A program made the position numbers and the translations under genes. A stretch of DNA of 64,000 nt, from the NCBI GenBank assembly GCA_050013255.1, contig JBEKFP010000001.1, positions 448,001-512,000 on the forward strand, written 5' to 3'. The notes under the pieces are model-generated. The model saw only the letters and a program-made list of their open reading frames with translations, searched no databases and was not told the origin of the DNA. Below, in pieces: positions 38,894-49,800 of the stretch (position 1 is the first letter of the stretch; each line of letters begins with the position of its first letter). The DNA is from Candidatus Bathyarchaeia archaeon. Its GTDB lineage: Archaea; Thermoproteota; Bathyarchaeia; 40CM-2-53-6.

Positions 38894-41155
38894 CTAAGCT
38901 TCAAAGTGTGGCCTGTACTTTGAAGTTAGCACTCGTCTAATTTCCTCTGAGATTTTCTCCCCAATTCCTGTGACTGACATTAGCTCCTCTTTCGAAGCTT
39001 GGAATATGCGCTCGACGGTCTGAAAGGAACTGAGCAGTTTCTTTGCTCGGGTGTTGTCAATGTTTGGTAAGCTGGCTACAATGAATTCCTGTTGATCTTC
39101 AATGGTTGACGGCTTTGCAGCTGTCATTATTCTTGGTTTCCGCTTATCTTGAATCTGCTCGCGCCTCGCTATGGCAAACATCAACTGGGCTGCTTCAGAA
39201 GGTTTCTTTGCCCAAACTATTGGAATTCCATAGTCAATCAAGATGCTCGCATAGGCACCCATCATGGCTTCAGGCCGCACGCGGCCTGATCCCAACAAAG
39301 TCTCGCCTTCAACAACGAAAACCGGTTTAGCGTAAGTTTCCTTGAGCTTTACTGCCTGTTGGAATAATCTTCCGTCAATTATGGAGGACGCGAAATCCTC
39401 GACATCCTTTCGTTCTACCACAATCCTATCTGATAGGACAAAGTCGCCTACTTCCAGGGTCTGGGACGTTAGGAGTGCCCCTAGTTTCGCTAACTCTCTC
39501 GTCACTAAAGCGCCCAGCTCTCTCGAATCGGCCACCACTTCTATTTGTTCTTCCAATTTCTTTTCCTTCACATTTGATGAAATGTATTTCTCCATTCTGA
39601 TCTGGTCGGGGGCGTTCGGTTTCTGCGTTTTCAGGAACTGCTTGATTGCAGAAGCCATTTCACGTTCTCTTCGTTGGGAAATCCAATAGTAGGCTTCATC
39701 ACGCGTACCTTTCGCCATCAGGATAATTGCTTCACCAGGTCCTTTCCGGCCAGTTCTCCCCCGACGCTGAATATAGCGCACTGCGCTCGGGACAGTGTCG
39801 TAGAAAATGACTTCATCACACTCCACTATGTCGAGACCCTCTTCACCAATCTGCGTTGCAACTAGGACGTTGAATGTGCCTGACCTGAAATCGTCCAATA
39901 TCGCAACTTGTTTCCTTTGAGTCAAGCCACGATCTCTTGTGCGTGAAGCCTGCCCGACCAAGCGTACGGCGGATACGCCTTCGACTTTGTTGAGTACTTC
40001 TGTGAGCCTCGCTGCGGTTGTTCGGTAGTTGGTGAAAACCATAACACGCCGTGCGCCCCTGCTGAGAGCGACGCGTATTGCTTTGATTAGCTCGGTAACT
40101 TTAGGATGGTCTGCTTCCTTCGCTACTAAGTCATTCACAATTGACGTTACCCGCTTCATTCTGGGGTCGTCAAGAATCATCTTTAGGCCCGGAGATGAGC
40201 GCTTCTTGGCCTTTTCTTGAAGGCTGTCAAGATGTTCCTTCAGCGCTGGGAAACCTTGGGTCTCAAGAAATTCAATTGCGCGAATTCCATGCACCGACGC
40301 GTACACATAGCCCAGATATGTTCTGGCGTCCCTGTTGCCACCGGCAGCATCTCCTAGTATCCTTTCCCTAGCAGCAAGTATGTCTCGCAAGCGAATCCTG
40401 TCCATTGCCGCCGTTTCCAAATAACCATGATCGCGCACTACGCGCAATTTCTCGCGCAAGAAAGCCTCCAGTTCTCGTTTAACATCGTAGAATATCTTCG
40501 GAAGGTCAACGGTAACCCACTTTACCTCTATTCCGCCAACGTATGGTCTCACATCATCGCTTTGGATCGTTCGCGCTTCCACCCACTCTATGTGAAGATT
40601 CTTACAGATTTCACGAACATCAGCTTCGCTAGAACCTGGCGACGCAGTTAAACCAAGTATGAGGCTGTTGTCGGTGGCTGCATACTTTTCCGCGATGAAT
40701 GCGTATGGGTAGTCGCCGACTCCTCTGTGTGCCTCGTCGAAAATTATCAGGGAGAAATTGTCAAGCGCAACCTTCCCTGTAAGAAGGTCATTCATGAAAA
40801 CCTGTGGCGTTGAGAATATCAAACGCTTCTTCCAAGAGCCCGCCCTTTCCTCGGGCGCAACTTCCCCCGTGAGCCACACTATCGAATCCTGGTCCACTCT
40901 CATTAGTTTCTGAAAGGTCCGGAAATGTTGCAACACGAGAGGTTTTGTTGGGGCAAGCATTACGACGCCTTTGCTTGGGAAAACCTTGAGCCTCTCAGCG
41001 GCCACGTAGGCTGCCACAACTGACTTCCCCAAACCCGTTGGTAAGCAAACCAGAGTGTTAGTCCGCACTGCGGTGCGAGCTATGACTTCTTGGTAGGAGC
41101 GGCGCTCAATAGATTCGAACCTCAGAAGTGAATTGGAGCTGGGCTCTTCAGGCAT
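38894..41155 (-). CDS. hef: Hef: SF2 helicase fused to ERCC4/XPF nuclease and HhH
   Basis: PTGLGKS, DEAH, TASPG, QRRGRTGR; then DSRE, GDF, VERK..DF..SI.DGRL. Confidence 0.93.
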   Translation of the reverse strand: MPEEPSSNSLLRFESIERRSYQEVIARTAVRTNTLVCLPTGLGKSVVAAYVAAERLKVFPSKGVVMLAPTKPLVLQHFRTFQKLMRVDQDSIVWLTGEVAPEERAGSWKKRLIFSTPQVFMNDLLTGKVALDNFSLIIFDEAHRGVGDYPYAFIAEKYAATDNSLILGLTASPGSSEADVREICKNLHIEWVEARTIQSDDVRPYVGGIEVKWVTVDLPKIFYDVKRELEAFLREKLRVVRDHGYLETAAMDRIRLRDILAARERILGDAAGGNRDARTYLGYVYASVHGIRAIEFLETQGFPALKEHLDSLQEKAKKRSSPGLKMILDDPRMKRVTSIVNDLVAKEADHPKVTELIKAIRVALSRGARRVMVFTNYRTTAARLTEVLNKVEGVSAVRLVGQASRTRDRGLTQRKQVAILDDFRSGTFNVLVATQIGEEGLDIVECDEVIFYDTVPSAVRYIQRRGRTGRKGPGEAIILMAKGTRDEAYYWISQRREREMASAIKQFLKTQKPNAPDQIRMEKYISSNVKEKKLEEQIEVVADSRELGALVTRELAKLGALLTSQTLEVGDFVLSDRIVVERKDVEDFASSIIDGRLFQQAVKLKETYAKPVFVVEGETLLGSGRVRPEAMMGAYASILIDYGIPIVWAKKPSEAAQLMFAIARREQIQDKRKPRIMTAAKPSTIEDQQEFIVASLPNIDNTRAKKLLSSFQTVERIFQASKEELMSVTGIGEKISEEIRRVLTSKYRPHFEA

Positions 41156-41280
41156 AGTGCGGCCCTCTTAGTTGGATTGGTATGAAAACCATCCAGGGGC
41201 GTATAAGTCACGGGGGTTGAACCCGTGTCCAACTGCCGAGTTCCTTGGGATGGACTGCGAGCGAAAAGAGTGAATGCGGC

Positions 41281-42171
41281 CTATGGCTGGTTTGCGCCGC
41301 ATGTACCGCAGAACTTCGCAGACGCGGGAAGTTTCGCCCCACAGCTCACACAGAACTTTTGGCTCTCCGCAACGGGAGTTGGAGGCGGCGGGGTTGGTGC
41401 AGCTGCGCCACAGGTCGGGCAAAACTTATGGTGCGGTTGAAGTGGAGTTCCGCACGAAGAGCAAACTAGACTGCTTACTGCGCTTGGTTGGACCCGTAGC
41501 TCGGGCGGGGCTCCCTCATTATACAGCAAACCAAGTGACCTGAAGATGAAGACGCTTAAGATGGGCGAGATTATTGCGGAAATTACCCAACCTACGTATG
41601 GTATCAACCCAGCCACACCGCCTATTATCATGCTGATTATGACGAGTACTACTATCCAGGCGATGTATTTGCCCCAACCTATTCCGCGAATAATCCTGAG
41701 TATTTCGCCGAACGCGAAAGCTTTCCCGAATTTCCCGGTCTTCAACATGTGAGCCATGCCAGCAGCGAGCAGGAGCAAAAGAATGATTCCTAGGAGAATT
41801 CCAACAAGCAACAAAACCACACCACTTCCCCCAAGCATCACACTCGGGGCGGCGAATCCACCCTGCAAAGACAGCATGCCTGCAAATAACGAGGATGCAC
41901 CCGTCGCGATCAGGATTGTCGGAACCAGCATGTAGATTAGCGATGCAAAGGTGACTTTCGCGCCGTCGACGAACATCTCGCCGTACTTCTCAAGTTTCGG
42001 CGGTGTTTCGGTGCCTGGAGATTCCCTCAGCACGCGAGCGGCGTATCCAATCACAATCCAGTTGACGATGGGGATAATATCGAGCACTATGAGAATTATT
42101 AGCCTCCCGCCATCGCTGAGCAATCTCTTCGCAAATTCGAAACTGTTGCTGAGGTTTTCGCTAAGGTTCAA
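41281..42171 (-). CDS. DUF4013-like membrane protein with C-terminal zinc ribbons
   Basis: IIPIV...GY..RV.R......P......F.DG N-terminus; C-terminal CSSCG/CPTCG/CVSCG/CGTCG. Confidence 0.75.
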   Translation of the reverse strand: MNLSENLSNSFEFAKRLLSDGGRLIILIVLDIIPIVNWIVIGYAARVLRESPGTETPPKLEKYGEMFVDGAKVTFASLIYMLVPTILIATGASSLFAGMLSLQGGFAAPSVMLGGSGVVLLLVGILLGIILLLLLAAGMAHMLKTGKFGKAFAFGEILRIIRGIGWGKYIAWIVVLVIISMIIGGVAGLIPYVGWVISAIISPILSVFIFRSLGLLYNEGAPPELRVQPSAVSSLVCSSCGTPLQPHHKFCPTCGAAAPTPPPPTPVAESQKFCVSCGAKLPASAKFCGTCGANQP

Positions 42172-42323
42172 CTTGGCTGCCTTCTAGTGAATTAGTATAA
42201 GTTATCTCTAATATCTATTAGTGGGCGTTAGCGCAGAGCCAACGTGCTCATAGCATATAAAATGGTACGAAGATCATAAGTTAGGATGTACTCCATCAGC
42301 ACACCATGCTTGCTGCTCAGCTG

Positions 42324-42683
42324 TTACTCGGAACTCTGGCTTCTGAGGCGTTTCAGCTTTTCTAGCGTACTCAGCCAACTGGCCAAGGAGTTGCCGTAGA
42401 CGAGCAATTTCTCGGGGTCCGTCTCGTTCTTCATCGCTAAATTGATTTCCCGGATTTTGGAGAACAATATCATTTCGGAGTCCTCGAGCACCTTATCGGC
42501 CATGAACCGTGTCTCTTGCTCAGCGGATTGAATGATCACTACCGGTTTGTTGCATTTTGGGCAGAAGGTTTCCTTGCCTTTTCGGAAGAGGGGGGTTCCG
42601 CACTCAGGGCAGGTCTGAGATAACATCGTTGCCCCGGATTTGAGAAGTTCAGCCATTTTCTTGACTTCAAGGGCCAAAGACAT
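42324..42683 (-). CDS. UPF0148 / autoantigen p27-like Zn-finger protein
   Basis: KKMAELLKSGATML..TCPECGTPLF......CPKC. Confidence 0.85.
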   Translation of the reverse strand: MSLALEVKKMAELLKSGATMLSQTCPECGTPLFRKGKETFCPKCNKPVVIIQSAEQETRFMADKVLEDSEMILFSKIREINLAMKNETDPEKLLVYGNSLASWLSTLEKLKRLRSQSSE

Positions 42684-42827
42684 CGACCATGCAGAGTATG
42701 GCAAACGACTATTACACCTTGTTGGCGGCTGAGGGGAACCGTTCCGTATGCGAATTGAGAAAGACTTTAGATATTGCCCTTGAATGAAGCTGAGTGAAAG
42801 GTCGCCTGTCATGCGGGGTGGTCCGCT

Positions 42828-43109
42828 ATGTCAACTAAGGTCAAACGCAAAGAAGAATACGAAGGCCGAATCAAGCAGGCACTGGGCGTTCTCAACGAGG
42901 TTTCTAACGACACAACGACGCCTCGCAATATACGCCGCGCGGCCAAGAGTGCAATGGACACACTCCAAGTTGGGGATCTAAGTATAGGCGTCCGCGCCGC
43001 AAACGCAATCTCCATTTTAGATGACATAAGCCAAGACCCAAACATGCCGCCTTACACGCGAGTGAAGATTTGGAACTCCGTAAGCCTACTCGAAGCCATC
43101 AAGGATTGA
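42828..43109 (+). CDS. UPF0147 family protein
   Basis: [35 protein letters not shown]. Confidence 0.9.
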   Translation: MSTKVKRKEEYEGRIKQALGVLNEVSNDTTTPRNIRRAAKSAMDTLQVGDLSIGVRAANAISILDDISQDPNMPPYTRVKIWNSVSLLEAIKD

Positions 43110-43189
43110 GATTACAGGATAATCTTAATTATCGCATCTAACGGTCGGTGCGCAATTCTTAAGGCAGTCATTTCAGACGGTTCCCACCA

Positions 43190-44128
43190 ATGGATTTAGC
43201 TGTGCAGACGTTTGGGATTACGAAAAAATTCGGCGACTTCACAGCGGTTGATCATATTAGTCTTGAAATTAAGCAGGAAGTTTTTGGTCTCTTAGGTCCT
43301 AATGGAGCAGGAAAAACAACCTTAACACGCATGTTAACAACAATTCTGTTGCCTACCGAGGGCACGGCTACGGTCGCAGGTGCGGATATTATACACGAAG
43401 CAAACAAGGTACGTGAGCGCATAGGGGTTGTTACACAGGCGTCAACCTTAGACAATGAGTTATCGGCGCTTGAAAACATGAATCTATACGGGAAATACTA
43501 CGGCATGTCTCGCAAGCAACGCCAAGAAAGAATACCAGAACTCCTCAAAGTGGTAGAGTTACAGGATCGAGCCAGAATTCCCGTCCGAAGTTATTCAGGA
43601 GGCATGAAACGGCGTCTAGAAATTGTAAGGGCCCTTGTCCATGAACCTGAAGTCCTATTGCTTGATGAACCTACCACAGGTCTCGATCCTCAAGCGCGTG
43701 CCGCAGTTTTGGAATATGTTGAGCGAATTCATGAAGATCGCGGCATCGCGCTTTTGATCACAACCCATTACCTAGATGAAGCGGAGAAACTTTGTGATAG
43801 GCTCGCAATCGTAGATCACGGCAAAGTAGTCGCCTTAGGAACACCAACGGAACTAAAGCGGAAGGTTTCAGGAGGCGACGTAGTTGAAGCCAACTTCTCA
43901 AACCTCCCTGATGCTGCTCTCAAGGCATTGGAAAGAGCAGAATTCGTTCTGGAAGTCAAAAGGCGGGACAGCGGCCTAACGATTCTAGTGAAGAATGGTG
44001 CGGAAGCAGTTCCGAAGATAGTTGGACTCATTGACTCCAATGGAGGAAAACTTCGGACAATCACTCTGCGCGAGCTTACCTTAGATGACGTTTTCCTGAA
44101 CTTTACAGGTCGGAGTCTGGGAGATTGA
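43190..44128 (+). CDS. ABC-2 exporter ATP-binding subunit (DrrA-like)
   Basis: GPNGAGKTT, YSGGMKRR, LLDEPT.GLD, TTHY. Confidence 0.93.
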   Translation: MDLAVQTFGITKKFGDFTAVDHISLEIKQEVFGLLGPNGAGKTTLTRMLTTILLPTEGTATVAGADIIHEANKVRERIGVVTQASTLDNELSALENMNLYGKYYGMSRKQRQERIPELLKVVELQDRARIPVRSYSGGMKRRLEIVRALVHEPEVLLLDEPTTGLDPQARAAVLEYVERIHEDRGIALLITTHYLDEAEKLCDRLAIVDHGKVVALGTPTELKRKVSGGDVVEANFSNLPDAALKALERAEFVLEVKRRDSGLTILVKNGAEAVPKIVGLIDSNGGKLRTITLRELTLDDVFLNFTGRSLGD

Positions 44129-45276
44129 AAGGCAGCCTAGCCGTATGCGAGCGGGATGTTCGAAAATTCTTTAGGCAACCATTCCTCGTCCTCTCCACGG
44201 TTGTTGGACCATTTCTGACTTTGGTCTTGCTCGGGAGCGCCTTTGGTGGAGCAATAACGCATGCACCAATCGCAATCGTACAAGAAAGCTATGGCCCATT
44301 TTCATCAAATTTCATAGACATTTTGCAGAACCACCAAAGCTGTGAATTGGGCGTAATAAATTGCCAGAATTCCTTTCAGATAACATACGTTCCCGATATG
44401 GATACGGCACAGCAAATGCTCCGAGAAGGCCTAGTCAAAGCGATAATTCACATTCCCGAAGGTTTTGACACGTCATTAAGTGACAACTCTAAAGTCATCC
44501 TTACAGTAACGTTAGATAATACTGACCCATTGAGTGCTGCCGCCATTGGGCCTGAAATTGCCCAAGCAAGTCAACAGCTCTCATCTCTAATACAAACATC
44601 AACCGCAGCCGGCGCAACGATAGATGTGGATTTAGAGAATGCTTACAGAACCTTCTTGTACATTGAATTCATGGCGCCCGGAACATTTGTTCAATCAATC
44701 ATGTTCGTTTCAATCATCGCGGGCGGCGTTCAAGTCGTAAACGATAAAGAAAGAGGAATAATTGAGGGATACTTAGTCACACCTCTGAAAAAATATGAGA
44801 TCATCGTCGGCGTCCTACTTGCAGGAGTTATTAAATCGCTCATCTCAGCGATCGCACTATTCTTCTTAGCCATCTTAGTGGTAGGCGTTCGCCCCCTGAG
44901 CGTTTTCCCAACACCAGACCTGATAGGAATAACACTCACAATGTTCACACTGGTGCTCACCTCACTGGGACTTATCGCTATGATGACCGCCTACGCGGTG
45001 AGGTTTTCGACAGCCGACATTTACAGGGTTTCATCATTTCCCATCAACTTGACGCTGTATTATACAAGCGGCGCGATATACCCACTGGACGGGTTTCCCA
45101 CTTGGATGAAGGAGATATCGGTAATCAACCCAGAAACCTACGCGATTCATGCCCTACGACTCTTGATGTACAATGGGGCGGGATTTGTGGCGGTCGCAGG
45201 CGACTTTGCCTTCTTGGGGGTGTTCACTGGCTTGATGGTGATATTATCGCTACTCGCGTTTAGACGCGGATTGTAG
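44125..45276 (+). CDS. ABC-2 exporter permease
   Basis: 1+5 TM layout with extracellular domain; KERG..E.YLVTP; INP.TY.I.ALR. Confidence 0.9.
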   Translation: MKGSLAVCERDVRKFFRQPFLVLSTVVGPFLTLVLLGSAFGGAITHAPIAIVQESYGPFSSNFIDILQNHQSCELGVINCQNSFQITYVPDMDTAQQMLREGLVKAIIHIPEGFDTSLSDNSKVILTVTLDNTDPLSAAAIGPEIAQASQQLSSLIQTSTAAGATIDVDLENAYRTFLYIEFMAPGTFVQSIMFVSIIAGGVQVVNDKERGIIEGYLVTPLKKYEIIVGVLLAGVIKSLISAIALFFLAILVVGVRPLSVFPTPDLIGITLTMFTLVLTSLGLIAMMTAYAVRFSTADIYRVSSFPINLTLYYTSGAIYPLDGFPTWMKEISVINPETYAIHALRLLMYNGAGFVAVAGDFAFLGVFTGLMVILSLLAFRRGL

Positions 45277-45476
45277 TCAAATCGCGATAGCCCATCGCTG
45301 TAATCATCAACTAATGGTTGGACTAGAGGCTGCAGCCTTCAAACGCGCACTACACGAAAGAACGTGTAAATCCGAATAGGGAACGACCGATTTTTCGAGC
45401 GCGACTTTAAAGCCCAACTGCCAGGTTAAGAAAGAAAGGAATATGGATTAATTCTCGAAGCGCAACCTTAAATCCC

Positions 45477-46778
45477 GTGTACTCGGAAGTCACAAAAGGA
45501 TTAGAAGAGGAAGCCGATTTGAAGGCTCGGAATGTCATAATAGTCACCGTCGCTTTACTCCTCGCCATTAGTGCTTCTGCAAGGTACGTTGTGCCTCCCA
45601 GTAATGCAATTGGAATAGCTAATCTTGCTGTAACGAGTGTCTACTGGGGTAGCAACCCAATGGATCCCAGCACTGCTCATCCCGGTGACATTAACGCTCA
45701 ATTGTCCATCGTAATAACTAACGTGGGTGATGATGTAGCGCGTGGTGTGAATGCTACTCTGTTTCTTGGCCCACCATTAGTCTATACTTACACTTTAGGT
45801 GGAGTCCAATACAACTCGACCGTAACATCGAAGACGGCTGGCGATATGCAAGCAGGTGGTAGTTTCACGCTCGCTTACACAGTCAGTGTCGATCCTAATG
45901 CGAAGGAGGGAATATATCGTTACGACCTCCACCTCTCATACAAGTCTGCGCGTGAACTTCAACAAATCGATAATGACATCATGGTGGACGTTCCACTGTG
46001 GAATGGCGAACTTCATGTTCAAAGCATCGCCACCGTTCCCACGAAGATTTACCCCGACAGCAAACAAGTCGCACTCAAAGTTTCGATTGTGAATTCTGGG
46101 AAGGGAGAAGCCAAAGACCTGCAACTGCAATTGGTCCTGAACGCGCCCTTTAACGCATCATCAAGCGGTTCAGACAGCTTCTATGTGGGAATAATACCGT
46201 CGGGGCAAGCTTCAGAAGCGGACTTTGTTATTGACGTCGCGAGCAATGCGCAATTCGGCCAGTACGAAGTCATATTGGGTGTACAGAATAGTGGAGAGAT
46301 TATTCCTATCGGGCAGGTCCCACTCTATGTGGCAGAGAAAGTGAACTTTGATATTGTAAACGTCACACCGACTGTGGTGCACGCTGGAGACTCTGGCGAT
46401 GTCATCAGTGTCGAGATAAAGAATGCAGGCACAGTGAAGGCGGACTCCGTTAGAGTAGAGTTGCGCACGGGTAATTTCTTCACCGGTACCTTAACTGACT
46501 TTCTCGGTACGATGCTCGCAGGGGAAACTAAGGTTGCTTTTTTCACGGTAGACATTGATAGCAAGGCTCAACAAGGGCAGTATAACTTAGACCTTAGGTT
46601 CGATTGGACCCAGGACAACAACTCACTTGACAATACGCAAAGCATCACCTTAACCGTTAGCTCACCAGCGGTGCCAGCTTCACTTATCGTCGTGGCCGTG
46701 GTTGTAATCGCCGGCGCTGGTGGATTCTTCTTCCTCCGAAAGCGTAGGATGAAATCTGCGGAATCCAACAAGAAATGA
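45477..46778 (+). CDS. COG1361-like S-layer-domain, membrane-anchored Ig-fold protein
   Basis: Three repeats of (I.N.G...A..V...L ... G.....G......F.V.V...A..G.Y.L); signal peptide; C-terminal TM plus RKRR. Start may be TTG 45519. Confidence 0.75.
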   Translation: MYSEVTKGLEEEADLKARNVIIVTVALLLAISASARYVVPPSNAIGIANLAVTSVYWGSNPMDPSTAHPGDINAQLSIVITNVGDDVARGVNATLFLGPPLVYTYTLGGVQYNSTVTSKTAGDMQAGGSFTLAYTVSVDPNAKEGIYRYDLHLSYKSARELQQIDNDIMVDVPLWNGELHVQSIATVPTKIYPDSKQVALKVSIVNSGKGEAKDLQLQLVLNAPFNASSSGSDSFYVGIIPSGQASEADFVIDVASNAQFGQYEVILGVQNSGEIIPIGQVPLYVAEKVNFDIVNVTPTVVHAGDSGDVISVEIKNAGTVKADSVRVELRTGNFFTGTLTDFLGTMLAGETKVAFFTVDIDSKAQQGQYNLDLRFDWTQDNNSLDNTQSITLTVSSPAVPASLIVVAVVVIAGAGGFFFLRKRRMKSAESNKK

Positions 46779-46815
46779 GTGTGGAAGGAGAACCTGATTC
46801 GGAGCAGAGAATTGT

Positions 46816-49800
46816 TTGGCTCCACGATGGGTTCAGGCAGTACTCGTTTTAGCATTGACCGCAAGCATGCTCACCCCCGTCTACGCACACACCACCCTTG
46901 GAAACCTAACCGGTTCAAACACGTACTTCCGGTATAATGACCACGAGCTGAACCCAACCAACACGTTCGGAACAGCACACGTTCCCGGGCCACTTGGCTA
47001 TGTCTGGCCTGGGGGCGGGTTGAACACGTACACTGGCAACCCCTCTAACCCGCCGGGCTATCAATCTCCCTTCGAAGACTTTGAAGGGCCTATACAAGAA
47101 GGCGCCAACGCGTACGCACCTGAAGGCGCTATTCTTACCTCGACTGCCGACCACGATAGTGTTGGCGACCTGATCTTCGCCGTAAACTTCTCGCAACCGC
47201 ATGCATTTCCTCACCCGGGCAACTTCAAATATAGCACACTGGCCTTGTACATACCAGCCCCAGTCTTCGACAAGACCGGGAAATTAATCCAAGATGGCTT
47301 TGAACCCGCCGCCGGCATTAATTGGGATAACGGCGAGAACACTAACATCGTTACAACGATCACCGATAGCTACGCCGATATATTCGTCACGAGGGCAGAC
47401 AGCAACGACCCATTCGAACCCGGCTCGTGGATCATATTCATCACCGCACCAAACAACATAACCTTCACATCCGCGAGAGGCTGGTCCGAGTGGTACTACC
47501 TTCGCATCAACCAAATGAAAGCACCCCTAATTGCCGGCAGATATTTCTTCAAAATGTTTCTCGACAACCATTTCCCGCTCCACAGACAAGGAGCCCTACC
47601 GAAATTGGTAAACAGCACGATGCCCATGGAGAACTGGCCAGTACTCCTAGTCAAAGGAGAAGTTGACCCTGCAATCATCACAGGAACGGTAAAGTTCGGC
47701 GACCAATCCAACCCAAACTTCTATGGACTTCCGCTAAACCTCCCTGGAAGAATTAGAGCAGTTGGAACCGCAACAGACCCCACAACTGGAATATCGACTG
47801 GACGGGGAGTAGAGGCTCGCGGTTACTTCAACGCTACCTCGCAAGGCCACTTTGAGATTGAAGGCGTCGCTCCGGGGATCTATGACCTCTATGCTTCTGC
47901 TGCCGGCTTTCCTGAACAACAAATTGCAACAGATGTCAGAGTAAGTCGAGGTCAATCCTTAACGTTTGACGCATACCTGAAGGCCGGGCCACAAATTGCA
48001 GGAAGAGCCTACTCAAAAGCATTGTTTGGGTCATTCCCCTGGCCTGGCCAACTACCAATCACCGTAGTGATCTATAACAGCAACACGTACGATACTGATA
48101 GTATCGTCACATATTCGCCCGCGAACCTCACAGACGCCCCCTTTGTATCATATGTTACCGGGAACACTATGTTCGCCGGCAGCCGTTTGGCGGGGACGAA
48201 CAAGCCTAGGTCAGTAGCCTTTCCATGGGAAGGGCCAATTAGTTATTACGCCCTGACAACCGCCCCGGCATTCAAGGACCCCTTCGGAATTTTCAACGGG
48301 GTCGGACCCGCGCAACCCTGGTGGGTAGATCCAGTAGGCAATGCAAACCCGCTGACTTCGCTTGGTTCATCGAGTAGCGATTTTGCTTTCCAATTCGGTG
48401 CCACGGGAGCATATGGTGCACCCGCTCAATTCTCCGGTATGGTACCACAAGTATTCGCAACATGGACCGACAGCCTCACCCCAGGCAAGTATTATGTTCG
48501 TGTCTACGTGAACGGGTACGTTCAGACCACACCCGATGGAACACAACCAATCGACTACGCTTTCGACGTCCCCCAGAACGGTTTTTCAACCAACGTGTTC
48601 CTCCCCATCGACTTGGAGAAATCACCAGCAATCAACCTCATGATTCACTTCCACGACCTGGCCGAAACGATCATAGACGCGCCTATTGGAGGCCCAGACC
48701 CGAATAGATTTCTGATCGCGGAAGCCTATGCGAGGGACGGAACACTCGCAGCTTTGAATTTCACCCAAGTCTCATCCAAGAGCGCCCAAGCCACTCTGAG
48801 TTTGGATGGTTTGGGGATGGCTGGCCCGATTCTTCCTCCTGACCCCCGCGCCTCCATCAAATATTCACTCGCTAGATATCAAGGCCTATTCGACTACGGC
48901 CTGCCAACCGACACCTACACCATTCGAGTTTACATGAGGGGATACATCCAAGCGTTGCCCCCGGCCACCTCTTTCGAGGACTTGGACCAGCCGGTGACTA
49001 CGACTGTTTCAATTGGGTTGGGGGTAGCAATCGTAAGCACGCACATGTATAGAGGTGGCGAAATCAACGCGACTGTCTTCTCCGTCGACTGGGAAAGACC
49101 AGCAGTCACGAGAAACTGGGTGTGGAACAGCGCACCCGTTAGCACACTAATCTACGACGTTTCTTCAAAGAATTTCATTGACGTGATCTACTTTTGGAAT
49201 TCTAAGCTAAACCAATGGGTCTTACCCACACAGAATTCAAAGTTCCAAAACCTACCCTGGCCAGGTTGGCAAACAATATTTGGCGCAGGCGCAAGCCTGC
49301 TAGTAACTAACGGCTCCACGTTAGTCGATAGATTCGGACCGGACTTACCGAGCCTAAAGTCATTGGACCCAGCTCAAGATAAAGCAACAACCATATTTCT
49401 TGAAGAGAATTTCCGTACGGGCTTCTTGTACAGCTCCAGTTCCTACCGAACAAACGCGTTTCGCTCCGCTCTGGCCATTTATCCAGGAGTCTACGCGTTG
49501 AATTCTTGGACCTACGGCTACGTCCAAGACAACGTGGCCAGCCTCGGCGATTTGGGTAACGTACTCGTTTCCGTCTCCTGGTTAGGCTCCCTAGCTGACA
49601 CCCAAGTCCAATTGATTGTTGGCCTCAACTTGACCATTACTATGATCTTCAAGACAGAAAACATTTTCTCGGAAGTTCCCTTCAATTCCTCAGTGCGAAT
49701 TCGAGTTTTTGACGATGGAGACACTCTCATCGCCGCCGCGACAGTATTCTCCGACGCGGGCACGCTCGCTCCCACTTCCAACGCTGGGTTCTTCGCAGAT

